Below are positions 8,887 through 18,470 of a stretch of 38,383 bases of DNA, piece by piece. The stretch spans positions 1 through 38,383 of the forward strand of contig JAZNOQ010000028.1 of the NCBI GenBank assembly GCA_045589215.1, in the 5' to 3' direction. The translations under genes and the position numbers were made by a program. Position 1 is the first letter of the stretch; every line of letters starts with the position of its first letter. Source of the stretch: Eubacteriales bacterium (GTDB lineage: Bacteria > Bacillota > Clostridia > Oscillospirales > CAG-272). Under the pieces are notes generated by a model. It made no database searches and had not been told where the DNA came from. It saw nothing but the letters and a program-made list of their open reading frames with translations.

Positions 8887-11800
8887 ATCGTACCTTCCAA
8901 GTCGTTTTCAAGTTCAAGGTAGCAGCTTCGAATTCGTTCGAGCTGCTCCTCGGTTGCATCCCAATAGCCGCGGTCGCTGTACTCCATCATCTGTTCAAGG
9001 ATCTTCATATACGCGTGGGGATTGTTTTCGGTCATGCGGCGGCGCATCGCTTCGTCCTCGACGTATTTCGCGTCAAGCTCGTTATAGATCCACTCGTCGA
9101 CACTTCCCGTGGTTGCGGCAAGTCCCATGATATTTTCAAATCGGTCGGAGATCTCTTGCGCACCGTGAGCCGAATGTGCAAGCATTCCGTCGATCCACTT
9201 CGGGTTCAGGACACGGGTGCGGATACCGCGCGCGATCGACTTATCGACCGTTTCGGTGTACAGCTCCTTACCTGCGGTATCCGTGATGTACATTTTCGCC
9301 TTTTCGCCCCGCACACGCTCGACCGATTTCGAAAGCCCTCCGAAATATTCGAAGTAGTGGTCGAGATCGGTGATCTCGTATTCGTTCGAGCTGCGAAGCT
9401 GAGAGACGATATCAACGCACCGAAGCTGCTCCTCATACAGTCCGTCCGCAGAAACGCCGCGCATACGGCGGTTGTAGACGTGGCTGACGCGGTCGGCAAA
9501 GACCTCTCCGGGCTGCTCCTCCGTTTCCCAACCGTGGTTCTGGAAGAACTTCGTAAGTCGGCTTCCGTACTGCCCCTCGGCAGGGCCGAAGATGCGGGAG
9601 ACCGAAAGCGTTTTCGCGTCCTCCTCGCGAAGCCCCTTCCGTATCAGCTCTGCGTAGAGAGCATCCGCGTGCGCCTTCAGGTGATTTTCCTCGGGGCTTT
9701 CATCGAGTGCGGCGATCTCCTCAAAAAGGTCGGACAGCGTGTCGATGAGGTTCGGATACATATCGCGGAAGAAGCCACAGATGTTCACGGTCACGTCAAT
9801 ACGCGGCCGCAGAAGCTCCCCCTTCGGAATGATCTCATATTTCCGTCCGCGCGCCGAGGCGATGAGGCGAACGCCGAGATAGGTGAGGATCTGCGCAAAG
9901 GTCTCGCCCTGCGTGCGTGAGGTCTCAAGCCCCCACAGAACGACCGCGACGGAGGACGGATATGCGCCCGCTTCCTTTTTGTACGCCTCGAGTGTATTCT
10001 CCGCGATCCTCTTGCCTCGCTCGTATGCAGTTGCCGTCGGCACGAGCTTCGGGTCGAACTGATAGAGGTTATAGCCTGCGGGAAGCACTGCGGGGTTTCG
10101 GTATATGTCACCCGCAAGGCGCGCGGGGATATATTCGCCCGACAAGGCAGCGAGGAGGCTCTGCATCTCGCAATTCTCACGGCACGCCTCTCTGACGGTG
10201 CTTTCGTCGACGTCACCGCCGAAGGATTTGCGGAGTCCCGAGAGATACTCGTTCTCCTCCTCCTCCGTGTACGGTGTGCCGAAGACGTGAAGTCCCCTCG
10301 GTATGAGACTATGCTCCATACGGTAGAGCTCCTCTTCAAGCTCCTCCGTGTCTGTCGAGAGCTTCAGCTCCTCTGCAAGCGTCCTGATCCGCGCAAGCAC
10401 GTCGGGCGCACTCTGCGGTGCAAGATGAAGTGCCTGACGGTAGTTGTTCAGCTCCTCCGCAAGCGTCGCGTGACCGCCGTACAGCCCGCCCTCAACAAAC
10501 ACAGGCGGCTGATATCCGACCGTCAGGGCGTGCGAGCGGCGCTTTGCGATCGTTGACTCTGCAGGGTTACCGCAGTAGTAAAGATAAATGTGCGGAAGTC
10601 CCGCGAGCAGGCGGTCGGGATAGCACTTCCCGCTCATTCCCGCCTCCTTCCCGGGGAGGAATTCGAGCGTTCCGTGCGTTCCGACGTGTACGACCGCATC
10701 GGCCTTGAACTCCTCGCGGAGCCACTCGTAGAACGCAACGTACTGATGGTGCGGCGGGAGATCTTTATCGTGATAGCTCGCGCCCTCGCTCCCTTCTCCG
10801 CTTCTTGCGGGCTGAAGTCCGACGAAAACGTTCCCCGAGATCATTCCCGGGATAAGGAAATCCCTGCCCTCGACCATCACCGTTCCGGGGGATTTACCCC
10901 ACTTTTCCGTGACCGCGTCGTCGGGGGTATATTTTTTCGCGGGATAGAGGATCATTCCGTCTGTTCCCGAGGCGAATCTCCCCGAGTTGACCGCCTTGCC
11001 CGCCGTGAAGTGTGCGAGGAGATCCTCCTTCGTGACGTCCCCTACCGTATAGCCTTCCTTCTTCAGCCGTGCGAAGATCTCTGACACCGACGTGAAGGTA
11101 TCGAGAAAAGCTCCGCCGAAGAGATTGTCCTCTCCGGGCGGGTAGTTATAACAGATGAGTGCCACGCGCTTCTCCGCATTTTGCTTTCTGCGGAGCGCGA
11201 TCTGTTTTTCAACGATCGTGCAAAGCCGATCGACGCGCTCGTCGATCACGGTCAGCTCCTCGACACTGACGTCAAATCGGCGATCCGTTTTCGGCTCGCA
11301 CATCGCGCCGACGGGGATCGTATAGATCGATCCGTCGAGCTCGGGCATCAGCATCGAGATCATGATCTCGGTCGAGGTACAGCCCTGCACCGAGCTTTCC
11401 CATTCGGAGACCGTTCGCCGCGACAGGAAGAAGGGGTGCAGATAGGGCGCACCGATCTCACGCAGGAGCTTCGTTCCCTCCTCTGCGGCACCGCCCATCG
11501 GACCCGCACCGAGACGGAAGGACATAAAATTGAGGATCACGTCGGGGGCTTTCGGCAATTCCTTTGTGAGAATACCGCGAAGCGTTTCGACGCTTTCGGG
11601 GCTTGCGCCCGACATTGCGATCGGCAATACGTTCAGAGTGCGTTCCATACGGCGCATAATTTCCGCGACGCACGACGAGGTGTCGGTCGGGTAAAGATGC
11701 GCGTAAAAAAGCATCACGACCGTTCCGCGCTCCATATCCCATCCGTGCGCCTCGGAAAATTCCTTGAAGCTATCGAACTTGACCATTCCGTCGGGAAGTG

Positions 11801-12368
11801 TGATCGAAACGGGTGAGACCTCGCGCGGCTCGTCCACATTTCCGATCTCCTTCATCCCGCCGTATTCCGAAAGGATAAAGCGGAGAAGATCTTCAATGCT
11901 TTCCCTGTCCCCGATCTTGAAGTAGCGCAGAATATAGGAGTAATTCCGCACGTCACGCGCGGTCTCGGGAGAGAGGATGTCCGTTTCTACGGTCGACTTC
12001 TCACTGACCGCCTTCATCCGTGATTTCTTCCCTGCGGACATTTTGTCAAGTACTTCTGCGGTAAGAGAGCCGAGACGAAGGAAATCCTTCGCACCGCTTC
12101 CGTACGGAAGGATATGACCGAGGCAGCACGAAAGCCCCTCGTCGACCGCGCGGCGCACCGAGAGAGATGCACCCATCAGGTCAACGAAGGCAAAGTCTGC
12201 GGTCGCGAGATCGCGGATCAGCCGTTCCCTTTTCTCTTTGCCGATCTCGTCTACGGCATAATAGACCTTGAGGTCAAGTGCCGACGGATCGCTCTCTGCG
12301 AGTACGCGTTCCGCCTCGATCAGCCTTTTTACCGCCGTCACAGAGACGGTCACAAACGTAAGCTTCAT
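8883..12368 (-). CDS. Class I chelatase large subunit (ChlH/BchH/CobN family), ~1161 aa
   Basis: MPELDG, YNYPPG...[104 protein letters not shown]. Start at ATG 12368 (RBS AAAGGA) preferred over GTG 12494. Confidence 0.92.
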   Translation of the reverse strand: MKLTFVTVSVTAVKRLIEAERVLAESDPSALDLKVYYAVDEIGKEKRERLIRDLATADFAFVDLMGASLSVRRAVDEGLSCCLGHILPYGSGAKDFLRLGSLTAEVLDKMSAGKKSRMKAVSEKSTVETDILSPETARDVRNYSYILRYFKIGDRESIEDLLRFILSEYGGMKEIGNVDEPREVSPVSITLPDGMVKFDSFKEFSEAHGWDMERGTVVMLFYAHLYPTDTSSCVAEIMRRMERTLNVLPIAMSGASPESVETLRGILTKELPKAPDVILNFMSFRLGAGPMGGAAEEGTKLLREIGAPYLHPFFLSRRTVSEWESSVQGCTSTEIMISMLMPELDGSIYTIPVGAMCEPKTDRRFDVSVEELTVIDERVDRLCTIVEKQIALRRKQNAEKRVALICYNYPPGEDNLFGGAFLDTFTSVSEIFARLKKEGYTVGDVTKEDLLAHFTAGKAVNSGRFASGTDGMILYPAKKYTPDDAVTEKWGKSPGTVMVEGRDFLIPGMISGNVFVGLQPARSGEGSEGASYHDKDLPPHHQYVAFYEWLREEFKADAVVHVGTHGTLEFLPGKEAGMSGKCYPDRLLAGLPHIYLYYCGNPAESTIAKRRSHALTVGYQPPVFVEGGLYGGHATLAEELNNYRQALHLAPQSAPDVLARIRTLAEELKLSTDTEELEEELYRMEHSLIPRGLHVFGTPYTEEEENEYLSGLRKSFGGDVDESTVREACRENCEMQSLLAALSGEYIPARLAGDIYRNPAVLPAGYNLYQFDPKLVPTATAYERGKRIAENTLEAYKKEAGAYPSSVAVVLWGLETSRTQGETFAQILTYLGVRLIASARGRKYEIIPKGELLRPRIDVTVNICGFFRDMYPNLIDTLSDLFEEIAALDESPEENHLKAHADALYAELIRKGLREEDAKTLSVSRIFGPAEGQYGSRLTKFFQNHGWETEEQPGEVFADRVSHVYNRRMRGVSADGLYEEQLRCVDIVSQLRSSNEYEITDLDHYFEYFGGLSKSVERVRGEKAKMYITDTAGKELYTETVDKSIARGIRTRVLNPKWIDGMLAHSAHGAQEISDRFENIMGLAATTGSVDEWIYNELDAKYVEDEAMRRRMTENNPHAYMKILEQMMEYSDRGYWDATEEQLERIRSCYLELENDLEGTI

Positions 12369-12442
12369 CCTGTAAAAAGAGTCCTTTCTACGTAAATTCA
12401 GAGCAAATTCGGGGGAATTTCGGGCTTTTTTCGTTTCCCGAA

Positions 12443-12480
12443 AAAAACACAAATCGGGAGGCTGATGATCTCCCGATTTT
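12443..12480 (-). terminator. Intra-operon terminator-like hairpin between the ABC genes and the chelatase genes
   Basis: Minus strand AAATCGGGAG-9 nt-CTCCCGATTT followed by GTGTTTTTTT. Confidence 0.6.
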
Positions 12481-12486
12481 GGAGCA

Positions 12487-13302
12487 TCAGCCACCCTTTA
12501 CTTTTTTCGCATAAAATATCGGTTTCCCGGTTTCTGTGTCGCGCGTGATCTCGGCTTCAATGCGGAAAACGTCCGAAAGCACGTCCCCCGAGGACAGCAC
12601 CTCCCACGGATCTCCCTGCCTGTAAATACCGTGATCCTTCATCACGACAAGCTCGTCGGAATACCGCGCCGCGTGATTGATATCGTGCAGCACCATGAGG
12701 ATCGTGATCCCCTCCTCACGGTTGAGTGCCGACACAAGCTCCATGATCTCAAGCTGATGAGATATGTCAAGGTAGGTCGTCGGCTCGTCGAGGAGCAGAA
12801 GCTCGGGCTTTTGCGCGAGAGACATTGCGATCCACGCGCGTTGGCGTTCTCCGCCCGACAGCGTATTGATCTTTCTCTCCTCATACCCCGAAAGGTTGGT
12901 TCTTCGGATCGCCCAATCAACAATATCCGTATCCTCCGCCGCGTTTCCCTGCCACCATTCCTTGTGGGCGTATCTTCCGTAGGAAACGAGCTTTCTGACG
13001 GTCACGTCACTCATCGTGGCGTTCGACTGTGCGAGGATCGCCATTTTCCGCGCGACCTTTTTCGTATTCGTGCGGAAGATATCACTTCCGTCGAGTAAGA
13101 CCTTGCCGCCCATCGGCTTCATGCTTCGGCTCATCACGCGAAGGAGCGTCGTCTTGCCGCATCCGTTCGGGCCGATGATCGAATAAACCTTGCCGCGTTC
13201 GACCGTAAGATCCACGTTTTCGAGGACGGGATTGTTTTTATATCCCGCAGAAACGCCCCGCACCTCAAGAATTTTTTCGTTTTGGTTCATCGCGTCACTC
13301 AT
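12487..13302 (-). CDS. ABC transporter ATP-binding subunit, FhuC/FecE/BtuD type
   Basis: GPNGCGKTT, LSGGERQRAWIAM, LLLDEPTTYLDISHQ, VLHDIN. Confidence 0.93.
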   Translation of the reverse strand: MSDAMNQNEKILEVRGVSAGYKNNPVLENVDLTVERGKVYSIIGPNGCGKTTLLRVMSRSMKPMGGKVLLDGSDIFRTNTKKVARKMAILAQSNATMSDVTVRKLVSYGRYAHKEWWQGNAAEDTDIVDWAIRRTNLSGYEERKINTLSGGERQRAWIAMSLAQKPELLLLDEPTTYLDISHQLEIMELVSALNREEGITILMVLHDINHAARYSDELVVMKDHGIYRQGDPWEVLSSGDVLSDVFRIEAEITRDTETGKPIFYAKKVKGG

Positions 13303-14306
13303 CCTTTCCTGAGGAGGTAGAGGAAGAAGGGCGCGCCGAGGATCGCCATCACAATGCCGACGGGGATCTCGATCGGACTCATCACCGTTCGCGCGAAGGT
13401 GTCGCTGAACATCACGAGTGCCGCGCCGAGAAGAGCAGACGCCGGGAACATATATTTGTAATCGTTGCCGATCAGAAGCCGCACCGTGTGCGGAACGATG
13501 AGCCCGACAAATCCGAGCAGTCCGACCGCTGAAACAGCCGACGCCGCAAGGAGTGCCGCAAGTGCCGTGAAGGCAAGCCGGGTAAGCTCTACGTTAAGCC
13601 CAAGCCCGCGTGCAACGTCATCTCCGAGGATCAGTATGTTCATTTTACGTGACATGAAAAGCACGCAAACAAGACCGAGCACCGTGTACGGAAGGATCAT
13701 TTTTACGTCGGGCCAGCTTCTCGCCGAGAGCGTGCCGTTCATAAAATCGAGTGCCCCCGCGACGCGGTCGCTGTAAAAAACGAGGGTTGCGGATATGCCC
13801 GCGCCGAACATCGCGGAGACCGCAGAGCCTGCAAGAATGACGCGGATCGGTTGGATCCCGCCCTTCCACGCAAGGCTGTATATGATCGTCGCCGCAAGCA
13901 TCGCACCAAGGAACGCCGCGATCGGCACAAGACTCTGATACTGCGGAAGGACGATCAGAATGAAAATTCCGAAAAGTCCCGCGCCCGACGAAATACCGAT
14001 GACACCGGGATCGGCAAGCGGGTTGCCCATCACGCCCTGAAGGATCGCGCCCGACAGTGCGAGATTGATCCCAACGAGAGCCCCGAGGATCACACGCGGC
14101 AGGCGGATGTTCCATATGACCATCCACTGCGGCGATCCGTCGTTATGAAAGATAACTTCAAAGATCCGCGACGGACTGATCTTCATCGTTCCCGTTCCGT
14201 TGCTGATCAGGAACCCTGCGACGCAAAGCGCCGCAAGAATTCCGATGATCAGTAATTTATATGGGACCTTGTCGCGAAATCCGATCTTGATCGGCTTCTG
14301 TTCCAT
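13299..14306 (-). CDS. ABC transporter permease, FecCD/BtuC type
   Basis: WNIRLPRV, GAILQGVMGNPLADPGVIGISSGA, GDDVARGLG, GFVGLIVPH, EIPVGIV. Confidence 0.93.
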   Translation of the reverse strand: MEQKPIKIGFRDKVPYKLLIIGILAALCVAGFLISNGTGTMKISPSRIFEVIFHNDGSPQWMVIWNIRLPRVILGALVGINLALSGAILQGVMGNPLADPGVIGISSGAGLFGIFILIVLPQYQSLVPIAAFLGAMLAATIIYSLAWKGGIQPIRVILAGSAVSAMFGAGISATLVFYSDRVAGALDFMNGTLSARSWPDVKMILPYTVLGLVCVLFMSRKMNILILGDDVARGLGLNVELTRLAFTALAALLAASAVSAVGLLGFVGLIVPHTVRLLIGNDYKYMFPASALLGAALVMFSDTFARTVMSPIEIPVGIVMAILGAPFFLYLLRKG

Positions 14307-14354
14307 ATCCTGCTTCCTGAATTACCAAAACTTACTGTGATGCTTTTCGGTGCA

Positions 14355-15440
14355 TCACTGACCGTACCACTCGCTGACCTCTCCGTAGATATCGGGGTAG
14401 ACGCTGCACGCCATGAAGCGGAGCGACTCGTCGAAATACGGGCCTGCATTGTAGAGGAAGTATTCCTGCGGCAGATAAACGATGTTGCCGTTCTGTGCCG
14501 CCTCTACACCGAGCCATGCGGTGTTCGTCGTCAGATGCTCCTGCATCGTGCTTTTTGCGGTCTCGTTGTCCGAGATCATACTCGTAACGAGGATCATATC
14601 GGGCTGCTTCTCCACAAGGTACTCGATGTCGAGCGTTGCGTTTTCGCCGCCCTCCTCGATCGGAGAAAGCCCCGACGCGATGTTATTAAGACCGAGATCC
14701 TTTGCGATGATACCCGCAATGCTTCCGTCAAGCTTGACCTGAAGCTTCTTCGAGGTGAGATAAAGGATCACAACGGTCTTTCCCTCCGTGGGGACCTTAT
14801 CGAGAAGCGCATCGTAACGCGCTTCAAGCGCCGCTACCTTCTGCTCTGCAAGCTCCTCGTTGCCGACGATCTTACCGAATGCGCGGTAGGTCGCGACCAC
14901 GTCATCATAGTCGCGCAGATAGGTGGTGATGACCTTGTAGCCCATCTGACGGAGGCTCACGATGACCTCGCTCTGCGAGTTTTCCTGTGCGATGATGAGA
15001 TCGGGCTCATATCCGACGATCGCTTCCAGATTGACGCTCGTGACCTTACCGATCGTGGGGAGCGCCTTGATCTCCTCTTCGTATTCCTTCACGACCTTCA
15101 GGTTACTTGAGATCGTAGAGGTACAGACCGACTTGCCGCCGACGTCATACCAGATGTTCAGCGGTGCGCCCGAAAGAACGGCTACACGCTCGGGCTTCTT
15201 GTCGAGGACGGTCTCGTCACCGAGAAAATCACGAACGGTGAGGGGATAGCTATCGCCCTTCACCGAAATGGGAAGATCCTCGTCAGGCGTCTCGGTTTCC
15301 CCGCCGCCTGCGCCGCCCGTGGTGGTATCACTCGCGCCGCCATCGGTGGTCTCTGCGGGGTTATTGCCGCCTGCACAGGCGGTCAGAAGAAGCAAAAGAA
15401 CGAGCAAAAAAGACAGGACTTTGAAAATTTTGGTTTTCAT
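14355..15440 (-). CDS. ABC substrate-binding lipoprotein, Peripla_BP_2 type (heme/corrinoid/siderophore class)
   Basis: Lipobox LTAC, Gly/Thr-rich tether, YPLTVRD...KKPERVAVL, NLEAIVGYEPDLII, EYLVEKQPDMIL, VEAAQNGNIVYLP; RBS AGAAAGGA. Confidence 0.9.
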   Translation of the reverse strand: MKTKIFKVLSFLLVLLLLLTACAGGNNPAETTDGGASDTTTGGAGGGETETPDEDLPISVKGDSYPLTVRDFLGDETVLDKKPERVAVLSGAPLNIWYDVGGKSVCTSTISSNLKVVKEYEEEIKALPTIGKVTSVNLEAIVGYEPDLIIAQENSQSEVIVSLRQMGYKVITTYLRDYDDVVATYRAFGKIVGNEELAEQKVAALEARYDALLDKVPTEGKTVVILYLTSKKLQVKLDGSIAGIIAKDLGLNNIASGLSPIEEGGENATLDIEYLVEKQPDMILVTSMISDNETAKSTMQEHLTTNTAWLGVEAAQNGNIVYLPQEYFLYNAGPYFDESLRFMACSVYPDIYGEVSEWYGQ

Positions 15441-15635
15441 ATTTTGTTTTCCTTTCTACCGAAAAAGGCGCTATGATACACGGCGCCCCTCGGTTCTCAA
15501 ATTGCAAAATCGAAAAATCCTTTTTTCAAAGCTAAGGCTGTCGACTGACCTTCGCGTTGTCCCCCAAGGCAAAGAGAATGAGGGAACCAAGCAACATCTG
15601 AAGCAGATCTGCAGAATTCCGCTTTGTCTGTCACT
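15441..15635 (-). promoter_or_regulatory. ~200-nt structured 5' leader (candidate cis-regulatory RNA) of the ABC-chelatase operon
   Basis: Lies between a consensus promoter and the ATG; several helices can be drawn by eye and a GC hairpin with a U-run directly precedes the RBS; no known riboswitch consensus recognised. Confidence 0.5.
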
Positions 15636-15641
15636 GAATGC

Positions 15642-15670
15642 ATTATAACACGCGAAAAAATGGCTGTCAA
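15642..15670 (-). promoter_or_regulatory. Consensus sigma-A promoter of the ABC-chelatase operon
   Basis: TTGACA-17 nt-TATAAT with extended -10 (TGn). Confidence 0.88.
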
Positions 15671-15724
15671 TACCCCCCCACCTATTCCTGAGGCACAAAA
15701 AATGAATAATTTTGAAATTTTTTC

Positions 15725-15758
15725 AAAAAAATCAAATCGGCCCACCGTGTGAGCCGAT
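15725..15758 (-). terminator. Terminator of the glycan cassette
   Basis: Minus strand ATCGGCTCAC-ACG-GTGGGCCGAT then TTGATTTTTTT, just after the stop at 15769. Confidence 0.75.
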
Positions 15759-15768
15759 CTGCTCGGTG

Positions 15769-16917
15769 CTATACGCGCCGAAGTATTTTCCGAAGAAGCA
15801 TCTTCAGACGTTCAACGGGCGTTTTTTTCGTATGCCTTCTGACCGCACGCTGAAGAGGCATCGTCTCCGCTTCTCTCATAAACGCCTCGCGCCTCCCTCC
15901 GTCTCTTGCCGAATGAAGCATCGACGGATTATGCCTTACCGCATCCGCTGCGTCGACCGCTTCGAGCTCGATCTTTTGGGAGATCTCCCGAAGAAGTGCC
16001 GCGCCGCGCTCCGAATGAACGAACACGAGCGACGTGCCCTTGTCATCATCCATGTGCGGAAGAACCTTTTCGATCCCCCAGAAGTCGGCAAGCGTAAGAT
16101 CGGACGCGCGGGAAAGCCCCTTAAATCCGCACGCGTAGCAGGAGGGACGGAGGCAGAGGTCTCTGATAAACGCCGTCATGTACGGTACGTCTCCGTGTGA
16201 GATCTCCTCTACACGCCCATCCGCAAGGGTAAGAGACAGCGAGTAGCCGTGCCATCCCGACGATTTCGAGCGGAAGGAAACGTCCGTGACCGCCGCGCCG
16301 AAGGCTTTCTCATATTCGATAAGCGCCTTTTCCCACGTTACGGATGCAGGCACACCGTGACAGATGATATCCTGACAAATGAGATTTTCGTAGTCCTTCC
16401 CGAGGTACGAGCGAAGTCCTCCGATCTGGCAGGGTGTACCGCTGAAAAGTACGGTCCTTCCTGCATTCAGGTATTCCCTCGCACGACGGTAGCAGTCTCC
16501 GATACGGCTTTGCAGATACTTCGAGCCGCGCAGAAGTGCGAGATCCTCCTTCTTTTCTACGGCAATATGGTGAACGCGCCGTGCGCCGTCAAATGCGGCG
16601 CCGAACACAACGCCGCCCGCGTCAAGCACGCGCTCTGCGAGAAGGGTGAACACGCCGCCCGAGGAGCTGAGACGGCGAACCGCTTCGTCCTTGTTTTTTG
16701 CCGCGTACGCCGAGGGCTTCTTCCCTTCATCCGGCTTTGCCGTATGGTTCAGCGGACATACCCTCTCGCAAAGTCCGCATTCGACGCAAAGGTCGGTGTC
16801 GACCTTCGGATAAAGGAAGCCCTCTCGGTCCGCATTCATCGTGATTGCGGATCTCGGGCAGACCGTCGCGCAGGCGTGACAGCCGCAGCACCGATCCTTT
16901 GATACAATTTTGATCAT
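15769..16917 (-). CDS. Coenzyme F420 hydrogenase/dehydrogenase beta-subunit-like (FrhB/FdhB) Fe-S flavoprotein of polysaccharide loci
   Basis: CCGCHACATVCP, CVECGLCERVCP, SSSGGVF, GSKYLQS, GTPCQI, ICHGVP, RPSCYAC, DLTLADFWG; true start ATG 16917 in ATGA overlap with the flippase stop. Confidence 0.88.
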   Translation of the reverse strand: MIKIVSKDRCCGCHACATVCPRSAITMNADREGFLYPKVDTDLCVECGLCERVCPLNHTAKPDEGKKPSAYAAKNKDEAVRRLSSSGGVFTLLAERVLDAGGVVFGAAFDGARRVHHIAVEKKEDLALLRGSKYLQSRIGDCYRRAREYLNAGRTVLFSGTPCQIGGLRSYLGKDYENLICQDIICHGVPASVTWEKALIEYEKAFGAAVTDVSFRSKSSGWHGYSLSLTLADGRVEEISHGDVPYMTAFIRDLCLRPSCYACGFKGLSRASDLTLADFWGIEKVLPHMDDDKGTSLVFVHSERGAALLREISQKIELEAVDAADAVRHNPSMLHSARDGGRREAFMREAETMPLQRAVRRHTKKTPVERLKMLLRKILRRV

Positions 16918-18470
16918 ACCTTCTCCCCTCGCCGTTTGAACACGGACAGTATCTTTCTCATGGGCTTTAGCAGAAGCTCCTTTTCGGAGCGGTTCATCGC
17001 CGTAAACCACATCGACAGGCAGTAGACCGCCGTGTAGACCACGATACCGAGCAGAAGATAACGGATGCGGTCGAGGTCGAGGAGGTAATTCAGTGCGATT
17101 CCGACACCGATCGGCAAGAGAAGCCCAACCGACAGGCGTCCGATGCTCTTCCAGAATGCGATGATATCGATATAACACCGTTTATGGTAGTAAATATTCA
17201 TCACGAGCCCGTTCGCAACGACGAGTGACACCGCCGTTCCGATCGCCGCACCGATCGCCCCGTACATCTGCGAAAAGACGACCATCATACCGAGGTTCAG
17301 AAGTGCCATTCCGCCGTAGACGATACTGCGGAAGCGGTGCTTGTTTTCGGCTCTTTGGATCTCGATCCCGAGGTTCTGAATGAGCGCGACCGAGATCGAG
17401 AGGATCAAAAGGACCGCAACGTAATACGATTCACGGTAGCCCTCCCCTGCCCAGAAGGAAACGATAAAGGGCTTTCCGAAGAATATCACTCCGCTTGCGA
17501 CAAGCCCGAGAATGAGAAACTGAATGCGTCCGACCTTAATGAAAAGGGCGGTAAGCTCCTTTCGAAGCCAATTCTTATTGTCTCCCACGGTTCTCACGAT
17601 CGCGTGGATGCGCGGCGTAAACACGCTCGAGATCGAGACCGAGAACATCTGATAGTAATGGAACAGCGCGTATCCGACCGAATAGATCGAGACCGCCTCG
17701 GTGCCCTTGTATCTGCCAAGCACGACCTTGCCGAGGTTCGAGTTGATCTGGTCGATCAGCATATTGATCGCGATAAATGCGGTGTAGGAAAAAAGCGAAC
17801 GGGTGAGACCCGCTTCAAGCTTGCCGAGGCGAAATCTCTGCTTCAGAACAAAGACCGTATAGACGAGATACGAGAGATCGACGGCGAGCGTAACGCTGAC
17901 CGTCACCGCCACCATCGCGATTGATCGGTATCCGAGAAGAAGGAGCGGAAGCGTCACGAGCGGGCTCACGACGGTCTTGCCGATGCCGAGAAGCTTCAGA
18001 AAAATGAAGCGCTCGTGTGCCGAGATGATGCTCGAAAACACGCTCATCGGGAAGGAGATCGCAAGGCTGACGGTGAGGAGCAGCATCAAAACGCGCGCGA
18101 TCTCGTACTCTGCGGCGGTCAGTCCCTCATCAAACACGAGGTTCAAGTTTGCCGTTAGAAAAATACCGCACAGAAGCACCACAAGGGCGATCACAAGATA
18201 GATCGACAGAAAAAGTCCGTTGAGCTTGTAGATCGACTCGCGGTCATTTTCCTTCTTATATTTGCTGTAAAAGCGTATATAACTGCTGTTAAAGCCGAGG
18301 CTGAGTACCGACATCATCGCAATGGTCGACGACACCGTGTTATAAAGGCCGTATTCGCTCGGTCCGAGCAAACGGATCATAACGGGCGTGTAGCAAATGC
18401 CTACGATCACACCGAGTCCCATTTGCAGGTAGGAGAGAAGCGAACCGATCTTCAGTTGATTAAGCTTCAT
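16914..18470 (-). CDS. Wzx-type oligosaccharide flippase (MOP superfamily)
   Basis: 518 aa, 12-14 hydrophobic segments, YTPVMIRLLGPSEYGLY, LGFNSSYIRFY, YGAIGAAIGT. Confidence 0.88.
   Translation of the reverse strand: MKLNQLKIGSLLSYLQMGLGVIVGICYTPVMIRLLGPSEYGLYNTVSSTIAMMSVLSLGFNSSYIRFYSKYKKENDRESIYKLNGLFLSIYLVIALVVLLCGIFLTANLNLVFDEGLTAAEYEIARVLMLLLTVSLAISFPMSVFSSIISAHERFIFLKLLGIGKTVVSPLVTLPLLLLGYRSIAMVAVTVSVTLAVDLSYLVYTVFVLKQRFRLGKLEAGLTRSLFSYTAFIAINMLIDQINSNLGKVVLGRYKGTEAVSIYSVGYALFHYYQMFSVSISSVFTPRIHAIVRTVGDNKNWLRKELTALFIKVGRIQFLILGLVASGVIFFGKPFIVSFWAGEGYRESYYVAVLLILSISVALIQNLGIEIQRAENKHRFRSIVYGGMALLNLGMMVVFSQMYGAIGAAIGTAVSLVVANGLVMNIYYHKRCYIDIIAFWKSIGRLSVGLLLPIGVGIALNYLLDLDRIRYLLLGIVVYTAVYCLSMWFTAMNRSEKELLLKPMRKILSVFKRRGEKV

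Noticed and set aside
6036-12368. Evidence of phototrophy or an aerobic cobalamin cluster
   Set aside because: No other bch/chl/puf/psh or cob/cbi genes in the window, so I did not assign bchHID or cobN symbols.
15673-15679. C7 homopolymer next to the ABC-chelatase promoter (phase variation?)
   Set aside because: Short and upstream of the -35, so slippage would not change -35/-10 spacing.
15700-15735. TTTGAAA-TTT-TTTCAAA palindrome as a Fur/NikR-type operator
   Set aside because: Low-complexity A/T sequence overlapping a terminator tail; poor match to GATAATGATAATCATTATC; similar tracts occur in other intergenic regions.
16918-17178. 87-aa N-terminal extension of the FrhB-like ORF (likewise extensions at 4567, 23611, 32499, 37057)
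   Set aside because: These overlap neighbouring genes or promoters; downstream ATGs have RBSs or ATGA coupling and match family N-termini.
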